Source: Kondoa subrosea
Lineage: Eukaryota
Reading direction: 5' to 3'
Length of the DNA stretch: 64,000 nt
NCBI GenBank assembly: GCA_039545335.1
Contig: BCIN01000001.1
Coordinates: 798,208-862,207, forward strand
The notes under the pieces were generated by a model, which was not told the DNA's origin, made no database searches, and worked only from the letters and a program-made list of their open reading frames with translations. Shown in pieces: positions 24,263 through 37,039 of this stretch (position 1 is its first letter; each line of letters begins with the position of its first letter). Both the position numbers and the translations under genes were made by a program.

Positions 24263-24595
24263 TCATTTCTGTTTACCAAGCGAAGGTGTAGAGTCGAGCG
24301 TCTCCTGAGGTTTCATGCAATCGAGCGTATTTGCCGCGATAGCGATCTTCTTCCGATGTCTCTTCCTTATGAATAATAGCAGAAGTAGAATGACTACTCC
24401 AACGCCAGCTGAGACGCCTATTGTTATTGCCATTCTGCGTCCGTGATCGTAAATAATCGCAAGTATACGAAAGATAAGAAGCTGGACTCGCCCTTTCGAA
24501 ATCGCATCTGGCAAGGGTTTCGCTGGAACAGGAGGCGCCAGTGACTGAGCAGGTATGGAGATAACGAAGGAAGGGGTGTATGAAGGCAAATACAT
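24263..24595 (-). CDS. Small single-pass membrane protein
   Basis: MYLPSYTP...MAITIGVSAGVGVVILLLLLFIRKRHRKK has one TM followed by a basic stop-transfer cluster. A possible in-frame GC-AG intron starts GCGAGT at ~24491. Confidence 0.5.
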   Translation of the reverse strand: MYLPSYTPSFVISIPAQSLAPPVPAKPLPDAISKGRVQLLIFRILAIIYDHGRRMAITIGVSAGVGVVILLLLLFIRKRHRKKIAIAANTLDCMKPQETLDSTPSLGKQK

Positions 24596-24898
24596 CGTAA
24601 AACGGATGATTGAAGTCAAAGTTCAGAGCTAGAGCGGCGACTCTGTCGAGGCTATGTGAAGGGCTGTGAGCTTATCTTGTCGGGCAATTCAGCTGAAAGG
24701 CAGCATGCTAAGCTAAGCAGATCAGGGTGCCGCTGACAGGAGAATACATTCGAGGAAAAGAACGACAGTGAAAAGAAATAGGACGATCAACCAACAAAAG
24801 AAACTCGATAAGAAGCGTTCAATAGACCCTATGGCTCGCCTAGCGCCGCCATCCCTTGATCGGTTCGCAGGCATGACGCATATCCTGCGCTCAAGAAG

Positions 24899-25212
24899 CT
24901 ACTCCGGTATCGGATCTATCATCTGTTTGCGCCTGTTTCTTCTTCGGAGCCAGAAGAAGAGAACAAGACCAATGATGACGACCACGACAGCTATTGGTAC
25001 GAAGATCATTGCATAGTATTGACTATCGAGAAGTACAAGCAAATTAGAAACGGGCAATAACAAAGAATGGAATACACCTACGAATCAGAAAAGCAGCGCT
25101 TGAACTTGTAATGCGGACACGCGTCTTTCAATATTTCCAATGCAGTCGGTTGACCCGAATATGAACCTTGGCCGTTGACGGGAGCGGTATTGGTGATAGG
25201 CAGAGCAGGCAT
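24899..25212 (-). CDS. Small (~84 aa) single-pass membrane protein, two exons
   Basis: ATG 25212 gives MPALPITNTAPVNG...CPHYKFKRCFSDS. A GTAGGT...CTAAT...GATAG intron (~25023-25082) is followed by QYYAMIFVPIAVVVVIIGLVLFFWLRRRNRRKQMIDPIPE*. Confidence 0.65.
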
Positions 25213-25609
25213 AGCGAGTTTAAATAGGGTTAAGACTTGGATCAGGACCAGCCTGAGGGAGTAGAAAAAGAGCGAATGAAAAAGAAGAGTTATAGGCGAA
25301 AGAGTGAGCAAAAGGAGGAAGACTGCTTTGGTGAGGCGAGAACGAGGCGAGGTTTGCTATCGAAATCGATGCAAGGTTCGCGCATGCCCAACAGGCGGGC
25401 GAAGAGAGAAGCTGTTGACCAGTACCAGGGGAGGCTGGATGCTGAAGCGAACTAAGCAGAGACTACAATAGGCACCAATAGCATTTCAAGAAATTATGCT
25501 CAAATACGATCTGTCAGGTTACTCTCATGTAAGCCGTGTCAACCGGCAGCGCATAAGACATCGACTGACACTTTCAATGCTTTCCCAAAAGTTTACAATC
25601 TTGACTAAA

Positions 25610-27236
25610 TCAAGCATCGCCGGCCGAAGCAGTGTAAGCTTCCATCTCCGCATCCAGTTCAGCTTCAGTTTTCTGTTTGTAAAGACCAGCCAGATCAGAT
25701 CCAAGTCTGAAATTGTACAGGCGATCTACAAACCTGAGGTCTGCTTTCACCACCTCTTCTACCACCTCTGCCTCTTCCACGTTTCCCGCCTCTACCACCG
25801 CCGCTCTTGCGTTCAGTAGTACTGTACATTTAACAGGTACATCGTCATCAGTCACGAAACTGATTAGACTGAACTCCATAAACGTACGTTGAACCTTCAG
25901 CTTGTACGACAACCACAGGTGCAGCGGCCTTCTTTGGTGGTGCCAATCGAGATGAAAGAGGTGGAGGAGGTACGCGGGATGGGTCGACAATGATCTCAAT
26001 CTTCATCGGTCGTTCTATTCATGTTTCAATCGAGATTAGGTTGAATTTGATATTGATGTAAGATGGGAGGAGAGATGTTGAGATATGGGACAGGGTTGAA
26101 GTGTAGTTGAAGGGATAGAGAGGTGGAGATGAAAGTTTGAAGTAATGTCGAATGGATGTGTAATTTGAGTTGTTGAGGGGAAATGTAATTGTAGTAGTAG
26201 TGAGAGAGTAAAGGGAAAAGGGCGAGAACGCAAAGTCAGATCGGGTTCTTCGTAGACTTTGAGAATTCGAGGGAGATGGAAATCGACATCACTTGAAATA
26301 TCAGAATAGCGCTCAAGGCTAAGCAAGTTTCCAACCATCTGCGAAAATGGAATGGGAATAGTCGTCATTACCACAAGGTAAAGCTTGCGATTAGACTGGC
26401 TGGAAAAGGCTTTGACAAGTTGACCAAGTCAAAGTCTTCAGAAGAGCTTGCTTGCGGTGAACAGATCGAATGTTCAGACTGCTTCTAATCCACCGACATA
26501 CTGTGCGACAGTACCGGACGAGCATAGCCAGATCCCAAACCGCGTGTCTTTGACCGCCCAAGCGGAAAAGGACGAGTAGAGCAAGCAGGAAAACCAAAAG
26601 GATCTAAAGAAGAATTACCACGAACTTTGATCGATGAGCCTGCCGTTGTAGTCGGCGTAGGCTTTTGCACCATCACCGGCTTTCCTGAATTCAATAGTCG
26701 CAATACCGGTAGGTTTGCCTTGGGAGTTGTATGCCATATGAAGAGTCTTGATCTGACCAATGGTTTGCTCAAAGAGATCCTTGAATAGACGTTTGAGTTG
26801 AAGGATTCACACAACGAGCAGACGCTTGTGAAGCGTGCGAAGAAAACTGACTTTGACCATTGCTTCGTTGACATCTTGAGGCAGGTTGCTGACCACAATC
26901 TTGGTACCATCACCAACGAGAGCTGCAGCAGGTGAAGGTACCATGACGGCAGCTACTGGTCGACCGTTAGAAGCGGGAGCAGCGCCTGCATATCTTCCTC
27001 TAGGATCGCTTGCAGAAGCAGTCCTTTTCAGGTTGCCTGCACCACCACGACCACGGCCTCTCTGGCTACCTTTCCTGCTGCCCTTCTTTGCGATGACCTA
27101 TTGTTTGACGAGAGATAAGGCAGTGCTTGTGGAATTCAGCGAGTTTGCAAGCCTCACTTCGTCGAGAGCGATATCAATCTGTTGCACTACTGATTAGCGT
27201 ATGCCGTCACTGTCTGCACTGTACACGCACATCCAT
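25610..27236 (-). CDS. YRA1: mRNA export adaptor Yra1/ALYREF (REF family)
   Basis: N-box MD|IDIALDE|V, an RGG region, RRM TKIVVSNLPQDVNEAMVK|DLFEQTIG...GIATIEF...YNGRLIDQ|KRPMKIEII, and C-box KTEAELDAEMEAY. Confidence 0.93.
26294..26375 (-). ncRNA. Candidate intronic box C/D snoRNA with two guides to 25S rRNA
   Basis: Minus strand shows box C-like ATGACGA (26368-26362), guide TCCATTTTC before D'-like CAGA, guide CTTGAGCGCTAT before box D CTGA (26304-26301), and an imperfect terminal stem TGtGGTA/TATTtCA. The guides are complementary to the conserved LSU segment GAAAAUGGAUGGCGCUCAAG (recalled sequence). Confidence 0.5.
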
Positions 27237-27645
27237 GTTGTAGTAAGTGAGTGGTTGGGAGAAGGCAACCTTCGGAGGCACGATTCCTTCTCAAGCGCTA
27301 GCCGGTTAATCCGAGTCTATCACTGGAGCTGTAAGGCTTCTGCTTCCTGCCTGACCTGCTCACTGATCAGCTTGGGAGCCTGTCACCAAATCCTGAGCGA
27401 ATCTGCAGCCTCGACTTGTTTTCTGTTTGCAACCGTTGTACATTTCGGTCGCGGTCCAGCTTGTTTCTATATCTCTCGCTGCTTGCGGCACAGCATCTCG
27501 CGACAGTGCTCTGCGATTCTTCTGTGTAGCCTGAAGAGTCTATCCAGCTTTCTCCTCAAAATCTGCCATTTCTACTTTCCATCAGGGCAATTTTTATCAA
27601 CCTTGTGATCAAGCGTTGGACACCTCATAGAAGACCTCTGCAACT

Positions 27646-29487
27646 ATGTCTCAACCCAAATCCTACACAATAAATTCCACGACGCCTGCAACAAGTCCAA
27701 TGTTGGGCACCTCATCTTCCAGCTCGCGCTATCCACCAGATAAGCATGATTCGGACGCCACTACCGGCCTTATGAATGATCACAAGGGAACGGATCAAGA
27801 TGGACAAGCGAGAGAGAAGGAAGATTATCGTTTGATGGTAGACGATCAGGAATCTGCAGCCAAAAACAGCTTTGGGATAGCGACAAACGCTGGAGGTGGA
27901 CAACTTATCGAGCAAGTCGCTTCACATCCTGCTTTACCTGTGGCCTGCTACTGTGCAGCGAGTATATTGATGACTGTTGTCAATAAAGTAGGTTAGATCT
28001 CTTTGGTTGGCTAAGTGTTGCTAATCCAAGTGTTTGCATACAGTTCGTTCTATCTGGAAGTCAATTCAACATGAACTTTCTTCTGCTCACAATTCAATCT
28101 GTTGTTTGCGTTTCATGTGTAATAGTAGCGAAACACTTCAGGGTTCGTGAAAGTCAAGAGAATCAGCTTTCAGCTGATCCTTGGGGCTTTTTTTCTAACA
28201 GTTGCTCACCTTCAGAGATCTTGATGTCAACGATGCCAGAAAATGGTTCCCTATCTCATTTCTCCTAGTTTCAGTTATCTATACTGGATCAAAAGCTCTG
28301 GTAGGTGTGTCTCCAAGAGTTGAGAGTATTTCTCATGCCTTTTGCGACCAATCTACAGCAATACCTCTCTATTCCTATTTACACAATATGGAAGAACATC
28401 ACCATTATTCTGATCGCTTACGGAGAAGTACTTTGGTTCGGCGGCAAAGTGACTGGTCTCACACTTATATCTTTCGGTCTCATGGTCTGCTCTTCTTTAT
28501 TGGCCGCTTCATCAGATATCAGCAGCGCACTCGGTAGCATGTCTGCTCCAGCATCCGAAGCTCAAGCTTTACTTTCAAACTCTGCTTCTGAAGCTGCGGC
28601 TGCCAAGCTTAGTCAACTCAATGCTGGCTATCTTTGGATGATGGTCAACTGTTTGTGCTCCGCTGGATATGTTTTGGCTATGCGCAAAAGAATCAAGATT
28701 ACTAATTTCAAGGTGTGTTGTGCCAATATGAGTATTCTTAATTATGCTCAAAGCCCTATTTTAGGACTGGGATACTATGTTCTAGTACGTCTAACCGTCA
28801 TACGGGTAAACTGAAGACTAATATGTCGACAGCAACAATCTGCTCTCTATTCCAGTTTTGGTCATTGCAAGTTTGGTAGTGGAAGATTGGTCTTCCGCTT
28901 CATTGCAACGTAATTTGTATGCTTGCTCTTCCCCTTGTCAATCATCAGTCAAGCTAAACGATGTCATGGCAGCCCGGAAGAAGGTCGAAGTTTCTTGCTG
29001 TTCGCAATGTGTTTCTCCGGTGCTGCGGCAGTCGGTATCTCGTACACTACTGCTTGGTGTGTACGAACAACTTCTTCCACTACATACAGGTGAGATATAG
29101 ATCAGGCTGTTAAGTCAAATCACTGATTTGAGCTGTACCAATACTCACAGCATGGTCGGCGCTCTGAACAAATTACCTGTGGCTGCTTCGGGAATGATCT
29201 TTTTCAGTGATCCAGTCACTTTGGGCAGCGTCAGCGCTATCACAGTAGGATGTGAGTTGACTTTATAACACACAAGACGCACAAGGAAAGAAATGCTAAT
29301 TACTCCTATCTCAGTTGTTGCTGGCCTGGTAAGCTTCTCCTGAGCATGCCTTTCTGTGAAGATTCGCTGATGAGTCGGAACAGGTGTATACTGTTGCAAA
29401 GAACAATCAAAGCAAGCAGAGTAAGTGAGAGATCTGATACGAGCTATCCTTAGCTTATCAGTTGGGTCACTTACAGGCGGCAAGTGA
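27646..29487 (+). CDS. GMT1: Golgi GDP-mannose transporter (Vrg4/Gmt1)
   Basis: [53 protein letters not shown], and [13 protein letters not shown] (GALNK motif). Confidence 0.95.
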
Positions 29488-30099
29488 AGGACATCTTCAC
29501 AAGTACTTAGAAGTAGGCTGTAAGCCGAGGCAGAAGAGGTGTTATAGTATTGCATTGTTCAAGCATGATCTCGTACAGAAAGGGAGCAGATCGATACATA
29601 GAGCTTAGGGCGTGGACTATGTACAGTGTCATGTCGTAGAAATTTCATCGTCCGCTTATCACCCCAACTTCTAATCTCGAGAGACCGGTGACTTCTTGCT
29701 TCAACACTACCGTTTCTAGTTGCAAAGGTCGTCACAGATTTACAGCGGAAGCAATCCTAGAAGCTGCTCCACCGATAAAACGCGAGCTGTGTTCCGACCC
29801 AAACTCGGCTATTTATTGGATTCACAATCCAATTGACACTTGAAGCGCTGCAAGCACGACTCTCTGAGCAGTACTACTCCTTATCAGTACTCCGTGTAAG
29901 CTGTGCTTTGTGCTCTGAACGTGCAGTGCTGACGTTCTCGCTATTCCCTTTCTCCATCTATCTACATTCTGAATACTCGCTGCTGCTTGCTTCCTATTTC
30001 ATATTATCTCGCAACATGGTCTTCACACATTCAGAGTTATCGCCTGGGCGCAACAACCTAGCATTAGATCCACCTTCTCTAGTCTCACAAAGCATAATC

Positions 30100-33000
30100 A
30101 TGGCTAACCGAGCCTCAGGTCTGAAGACTCCAGCAACGGAAACAGGCAATCACACGCCTAGTGTTGGAGGTCTGCGTCGTCAGATTGCCGGTCATAAAGG
30201 AACACTCAAGAAGCTGCTCGTTGCTAATCGCGGTGAAATCGCTATTCGTATCTTGTGAGCAGAGGCTCTTTGATACTTCGATTCGAAGTTCACGAGTGGT
30301 TTCCTGCTTCACAGCCGAACTGCTCATGAATTGGCTATGCAAACTGTCGCTATCTATTCTCACGAAGATCGTTTTTCAGCTCACAGAAACAAGGTGCGTA
30401 GGAAAGGCAAGCTGAGCGAATGACGCTTATTTGGCTTTCACAAACGGCACAGGCGGATGAAGCCTATCTTGTTGGAAAAGGATTAACTCCGGTTGCTGCT
30501 TATTTGGCGCAAGACGATATCATTAAGATTGCGCTTGAGAACGGAGTGGATATGATTCATCCAGGGTTCGCCAGCATGCTGCTTTGGCTATTTCTAGCTT
30601 AATCAAACCATGCTTTGAACAGATATGGTTTCCTTTCCGAAAATGCCGAATTCGCAAAGAAGGTTGAAGATGCGGGCATTGCTTTCATTGGTCCGCAGCC
30701 AGAGATTATTGATGGCTTAGTAAGTCTCTTGGTCTCGTTGCGCAGAATCAGCTGATGTGCCAATGATAGGGAGACAAAGTCAAAGCTCGTACTGCTGCTA
30801 TCAAATACGGAGTCGCTGTTGTACCTGGTACGGACGGCGCAATCGAGAACATCCAAGAAGCGGAAGCTTTCATCAAAGAAGCAGGTTTCCCAGGTATCTC
30901 TCTTCATTCCTAATCTATTGGCAGTCTGATTTAGCCCTTTTTTCTCCGCAGTCATCATCAAGGCTGCAATGGGTGGAGGAGGCAGAGGTAAGCACTCAAC
31001 GCGCTCTGACAATCTGCAAACTGAGACAACTATCCGACCAACAGGAATGCGAGTTGTCAGAAGTCAAGAAGAATTCGCCGAGGCCTTCCAACGTGCTACA
31101 AGTGAAGCAAAGGCAGCTTTTGGTGATGGAAGCTGCTTCATCGAGCGCTATTTGAACAAGGTCAGCGACTGGACCGTTTTGTTTCTTTGAGCAACTTAAC
31201 GCGTCTTGCGCTTGACAGCCTCGTCATATTGAAGTTCAGCTACTGGGTGATTCGTACGGAAATGTCGTCCATCTCTTCGAACGTGATTGTTCTGTACAAA
31301 GAAGATACCAGAAAGTAGTCGAGCAAGCTCCGGCCCCTGCTCTGGACGAAGATGTTCGCCAGCGCATTCTTGCAGACGCAAAAAAACTAGCAGGATCAGT
31401 TGGTTACAGAAACGCTGGTACTGCTGAATTCTTGGTCGACGATCAAAATCGACATGCTTTCATCGAAATCAACCCTCGTATCCAGGTCGAGCACACCATT
31501 ACCGAAGAAATCACGGGCATAGATATCATTGCTGCTCAAATTCAGATCGCTGCTGGTGCATCATTGACTGATCTTGGATTGACCCAAGAAGCGATCACCA
31601 AAAGAGGTTTCGCTATCCAATGCCGTATCACTACAGAAGATCCAGCCAACGGCTTTGCGCCTGACACCGGAAAGATCGAAGTATACAGATCTGCTGGTGG
31701 AAATGGTGTCCGTCTGGATGCCAGTTCAGGTTTCGCCGGTGCTCAAATTACTGTATGCCCTTCGCAACAAGTATAATAGACAGCTTCTGATAACATTTGC
31801 AGCCCTTCTACGACTCTCTTTTGGTCAAAGTCACTTGTCGAGGAGCGTAGGTTCAGTTCAATATTCCCTTTCTGCCGTTTGCTAACAATTGTCACACAGC
31901 ACTTTCGAAATTGCTCGTCGAAAGATGCTTCGAGCTTTGGTCGAGTTCCGCATCCGAGGTGTCAAGACAAATGTTCCGTTCTTGTTCCGAGTCTTATCCC
32001 ACCCTGTTTTCATCCGAGGTCAAACATGGACAACTTTTGTCGACGATGAACAGTCTCTCTTCGCTCTTGTCACCAGTCAAAACAGAGCTCAGAAAGTCTT
32101 GTCGTACTTTGGTGAGATGGTTGTCAACGGTAGTATGATCGCTGGCCAACAGGGCGAACCTGGTCTCAAGGAGGAAATTCCGGCTCCTGTTATTCCAAAT
32201 CCTGAAGATCTTACCAAAGCTCTGGATGTTTCTCAATCTTGCACAAAAGGATGGCGCAACATTCTCGTTGAGCAAGGACCTGAAGCGTTCGCCAAAGCTG
32301 TTCGAAACTACAAAGGCTGTTTGATCATGGACACCACATGGCGAGATGCTCATCAATCTCTCTTTGCTACTCGATTAAGAACAATCGATATTCTCAATGT
32401 TGCCAAAGCAACCAGTCATGCCCTTCAGAACGCCTTTGCACTGGAAGCATGGGGCGGGGCAACTTTCGATGTCGCGATGCGCTTCTTGTATGAAGATCCT
32501 TGGGAAAGACTCAAGGCTATGCGCAAACTTGTACCAAATATTCCTCTTTCAGCGCTCGTTCGAGGTGCAAATGCTGTTGGCTATACTTCTTACCCTGACA
32601 ATGCGATCTACGAGTTCTCGAAGAAAGCTGTCGAATGCGGTCTAGACATCTGTAAGCAAGAATCGATTCGTTCCTCTCGTATGAGCTAATACTGGACTCA
32701 GTCCGTGTCTTCGACTCGCTCAACTATCTTGAAAACATGAAGCTTGGTATCGACGCCGCTAAGAAAGCTGGAGGTGTTGTTGAGGCAGCAATGTGCTATT
32801 CTGGCGATGTGGCAGACAAGAAGAAGACCAAATATACTCTTCAATACTATCTCGACTTTGCGCAACAGCTTGTATGTACTTTCTGCTCTTAGTCAAGGAT
32901 CTGAAGCTGAATTAGATATGCAGGTCGATGAAGGTATCCATATTCTGGCTATCAAGGATATGGCAGGTTTGCTGAAGCCACAGTCCGCGACTATGTTAGT

Positions 33001-34633
33001 CCTCCTTTCATCCGTCTAGGCGCTGCTGACGACTGTACAGCTTGATTGGAGCCCTTCGCAAGAAATTCCCTGATCTACCAAGTAAGATTTCTCCCAGTAT
33101 AGCGAGACCAAATCTCATATTTGAGTAGTTCATGTCCATTCGCACGACACCGCTGGTATCGCTGTAGCTTCGATGCTTGCCTGCGCTGCTGCTGGTGCAG
33201 ATGTAGTCGACTGTGCTATCGACTCAATGTCCGGAATGACTTCTCAGCCAGCTATGGGAGCTATTGTCAGCGCTTTGGAGCAAACTGAGATGGGCACCGG
33301 AATTAGCTACGACTCAATTCAAGCTCTCAACCTGTACTGGACGCAATTGCGTTTGCTGTACGCACCATTCGACGCAAATGTGCAATCGAGCGACAGTTCT
33401 GTCTTCCAGCACGAAATGCCGGGCGGTCAATATACCAACCTGATGTTCCAAGCGCAATCACTCGGTCTTGGTACGCAATGGGTCGCTGTCAAGCAAGCTT
33501 ATATCTGGGCGAACGAGCTGTGCGGCGATGTGGTCAAAGTCACGCCTTCCTCGAAAGTGGTGGGAGACTTTGCGCAATGGCAAGCTCCTTTTCGCTTCGC
33601 CCAAAGATACCGTTAATCAATTACCACAGGATGGTCTCGAACAAGCTCAGCAAGCAAGATGTCATTGATCGAGCTGATAAGCTTGATTTCCCCAACTCGG
33701 TCGTCGAATTTTTCCAAGGCTATCTTGGTCAGCCAGTAGGAGGTTTCCCAGGTGAGATGCTATCCAAATTGTTATGCTGTATACTGAAATGACTGGTACG
33801 CAGAACCGCTTCGCTCGCAAATCATCCGAGACAAGCCAAGAATCGATGGACGACCTGGCGCAACTATGCAGCCCTACGACTTTGAAGGAGCACGCAAGAA
33901 GCTGCAGGAGAAATATGGCCGATCAAGCATCTCTTCGACTGATGTCCTGTCTTATTGCATGTGTAAGTGGGGCCTGTAGTCTCTTGTCTGTTTTGTCCGT
34001 TGAAGATGCTCTCTTGTAGATCCTAAGGTATTCGACGAGTACAGAACTTTCCTTGACAAGTATGGAGATCTGTCTCAAGTTCCAACACGTCACTTCATTG
34101 GCAAGCCAGTTGTAGGCGAGGAGATGAACAGTGAGGCTTTTCAGCCTCTTCTCATTGATCTTACATCATTATTGACATACATTTTTGCCAGTTCCGATCG
34201 AAGAAGGAAAGACACTGATCATTCGTCTATTGGCGATCGGAACAGTGACTGCAGAAGGAAGTCGAGTTGTTTGGTTCGAGTTGAACGGTGAAACTCGAGC
34301 TGTTCAAGTACAAGACACCAACGCTGCTGTCTCTGTCGTCACACGTGAAAAGGCATCAAGCGATCCTGGTTCTGTTGGTTCGCCGATGAGTGGTGTGGTT
34401 GTGGAAATGCGTGTCAAGGAAGGCCAGGAAGTGAAAGCTGGTGATCCAATTGCAGTGCTCAGTGCCATGAAGGTCAGTGTTATAGGTTGTCGTCTGAATT
34501 GTGCTGATGGGACTCTTTGTAGATGGAGAACTCTGTTTCTGCCCCCGTCGGAGGCAAAGTATCGAAGATTGCTACCCAAGAGGGAGATTCTTTGGCTCAA
34601 GGGGATTTGATCTGTCTCATTACTTCAAAGTGA
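30100..34633 (+). CDS. PYC1: Pyruvate carboxylase
   Basis: [68 protein letters not shown], and the biotinylation motif AMK|M split by the last intron. An upstream in-frame ATG also exists at 30016. Confidence 0.98.
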
Positions 34634-34783
34634 GAAAGTCAGGGTTAGTATCGAGACGGGAATAGATTTGAGAAATTCGTGAAAACAAAACAAGGGAAAT
34701 GCAGTGAAATGCTAATGCAATAGAAATTTTGAAATGTATAACACTTGGCCGTGTGCTGTCATTAATTTTTGCTGCCATCTCTT

Positions 34784-35940
34784 TCATACGTTCATCGTTT
34801 CGTCTCTCGTTCGCTTACTCGGTACATTCTCAGCTGCACCTACGATTTTGACCAATTGTCTGAGTGAAATCTGTAATTGGCGTAAGATAGGCATTCTGTG
34901 GATCTATGAGTGGAACTTACATCATATACCACTTGCTCGATCTTGGCAGCGTCATATTTGATGGCATCGAATCTTCGACGAAGAGCTGGAAGAACATCTC
35001 GTCAATAGCAGAAACCCTTAACACAATACCTGTACTGACAGTCATTTTTCAAGTTCAGCAAGCTGAACGACAGATGACGGTCAGCACCTCGAACAAGTCA
35101 AAAAAAAAACAGAGCTTACGAGAAACCACTTGCAAGTTCTTTGACGAATTTCGAAATACGCAATGGCATGTTATAGCTACCTTGAGTTACCGCATTCTGA
35201 CAAAGCCGAGACTAATTCGAGGTACAAGTCAGTCGTGCTCGAAGATCAACGTTGAGAACTCTACTAGTTCAGAAACTGCACCAAATGATCTCAGTCGCCA
35301 TCAAAGATTTACTTCGGAGAGAGAGACCCACTCATAGTAATGATTCCATGTAAGAAATCTTCCGTAGTCAGTTGCATACCACTTTCCGACGGGGCGACTG
35401 GATGTCATACTTTGAGCTCGATCAATCACAGAAAGGAGGGACTGTAAACTGACTACCAATCTGTTGCATACATTCCTCCTTTGTGATCAATCGATCTGAT
35501 TTGAGCCAACCAATAAGGACAGCGCAGAAACAAAGAGCTTGAATAGTTCGACTGAACATGTCATTGCTGTACTTCCTACAACTCACTTTCTATCCTTAAT
35601 GAGGAGAGAGAGCAGAAGACGTACTACTTGTAGTATGCGAATTCAGGGATCAATTCAGCCAACGTAGCTAACTTTCTACCCTCAGCCCACAAAAAAGCAC
35701 ACTAAACTTGATGGAAGCAGACTAACCCATCAAAGGTTTAGCATCGTTCAATTGACTCTCCGCAGTGCTCAGTATAGTCCCATATTCCGATTCAGGCAAG
35801 CCATGGATCCCATTCAAGGTCGCTTGACATTTTCTTTGACATGCTTCCAGATTTCTGGTAGCGTCTCTTATTGAATCGCGAAGAGCTGACTCTTGCTCAA
35901 GCGTTGACGAGAGATCAGAGAAGTTGAAAGAAGCAGTCAT
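34784..35940 (-). CDS. TSN1: Translin
   Basis: LEQESALRDSIRDATRNLE, LTTEDFLHGIITM, ELSRLCQNAVTQG, LLNLKND, LRRRFDAIKYDAAKIEQVVYD|ISLR are translin-family motifs across short introns. Confidence 0.9.
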
Positions 35941-36181
35941 GTCTGCAGATACAGTGCGGTTTGAAAGCGACAATATATTCTTAAAATTGGAACGCGTGAC
36001 GACGTGCCTTCATATACCTCAAGGGCCATGAATTTCAGCAGAAGAATGGGTAGCGTTCATCTACTTTTTGTCAATCTCAATAATGTGATTGCTAAAGATT
36101 TGGGAGCTAAGCATTCAAGTCGAGGGGAAAGAAAACAAGAAGCCAGTATCGATAGCTCGATCAAATGCTTTGCATACTCTT

Positions 36182-36933
36182 TCACTGCTTCGGCTCAGTC
36201 TTCTTCTCTCTACTCTTCCATTTCCTCAACAATTGTAATCGTTTCTTGATCAGCTTCCTGCGCTTCATTACCCCGTTCCCTCTCTTCGGCCCAATGATTT
36301 TGGGCAGCCTGTCATCCGACCGTCGTTCCTCAGCGTCCAAGAACGAAGAAAAACATTGGGAGGCTGACCTAGTAGCAAAGATTTTCTTATCCGCTTTCAA
36401 TCGTTTCTTGTCTTTCTTCTTCATTGTCCTCGCCATAGAGGTCTTCAATAAAGTTCCATAAGCTTCATAGAACTTATCCAATTCATCAGGCTGGACCTGA
36501 GCGAATGACATGTTCAGCTACAACATCCGACTTGCAAGGTTGAAAGTCGAAAGGCTCACAAGAGTGGAAATCTTAGTCTTTAATTTCTTGTCCGTTAGAC
36601 CATCTGTAGCTTTCAGTATTATAGGATAAAGTGTATCTTGGACAGAAGATGTAGAAGCGACGGGTTCAGACATTTGTACATCATCTTGTTCGTTGGTAGA
36701 TGAGTCTTTGTGGGTATCTGTCCCATAGAGAACTGCGCATCAGTACATGACAGAGACGCAGTCATCCTACGGACAGCGCTTTTGAGTCAGGAAGACTGTT
36801 CCTTTCGTTTGAGTCTTGTCGAACAGAACTTGAAGTTGCGTGAGGAACTGTCAGAGCGAATCGAGGCCTAAGCTGAATACTACAGCACTAGCTTCGTCCA
36901 TTTACTGACATCTTCATTCGAAAGTAATGGCAT
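36182..36933 (-). CDS. SRP14: Signal recognition particle 14 kDa subunit with basic C-terminal extension
   Basis: MPLLSNED|FLTQLQVLFDKTQTKGTVFLTQKR, YPIILKATDG, KTKISTL|VQPDELDKFYEAYGTLLKTSM..MKKKDKKR. Confidence 0.9.
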
Positions 36934-37039
36934 CCTGGTTGTAGATGATCAACCTCGTATTCGGGCACAATTATTGTCACCTCAAGCGATCTCTCTGAAC
37001 ATTACTACAAATAAATAGAAGATATTATATATATATTAA

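Noticed and set aside
26230..26294. Second C/D-like pair (GTGATGT...CTGA, minus strand) in the YRA1 intron
   Set aside because: Short, degenerate box C, and no rRNA/snRNA complementarity that I could recognise.
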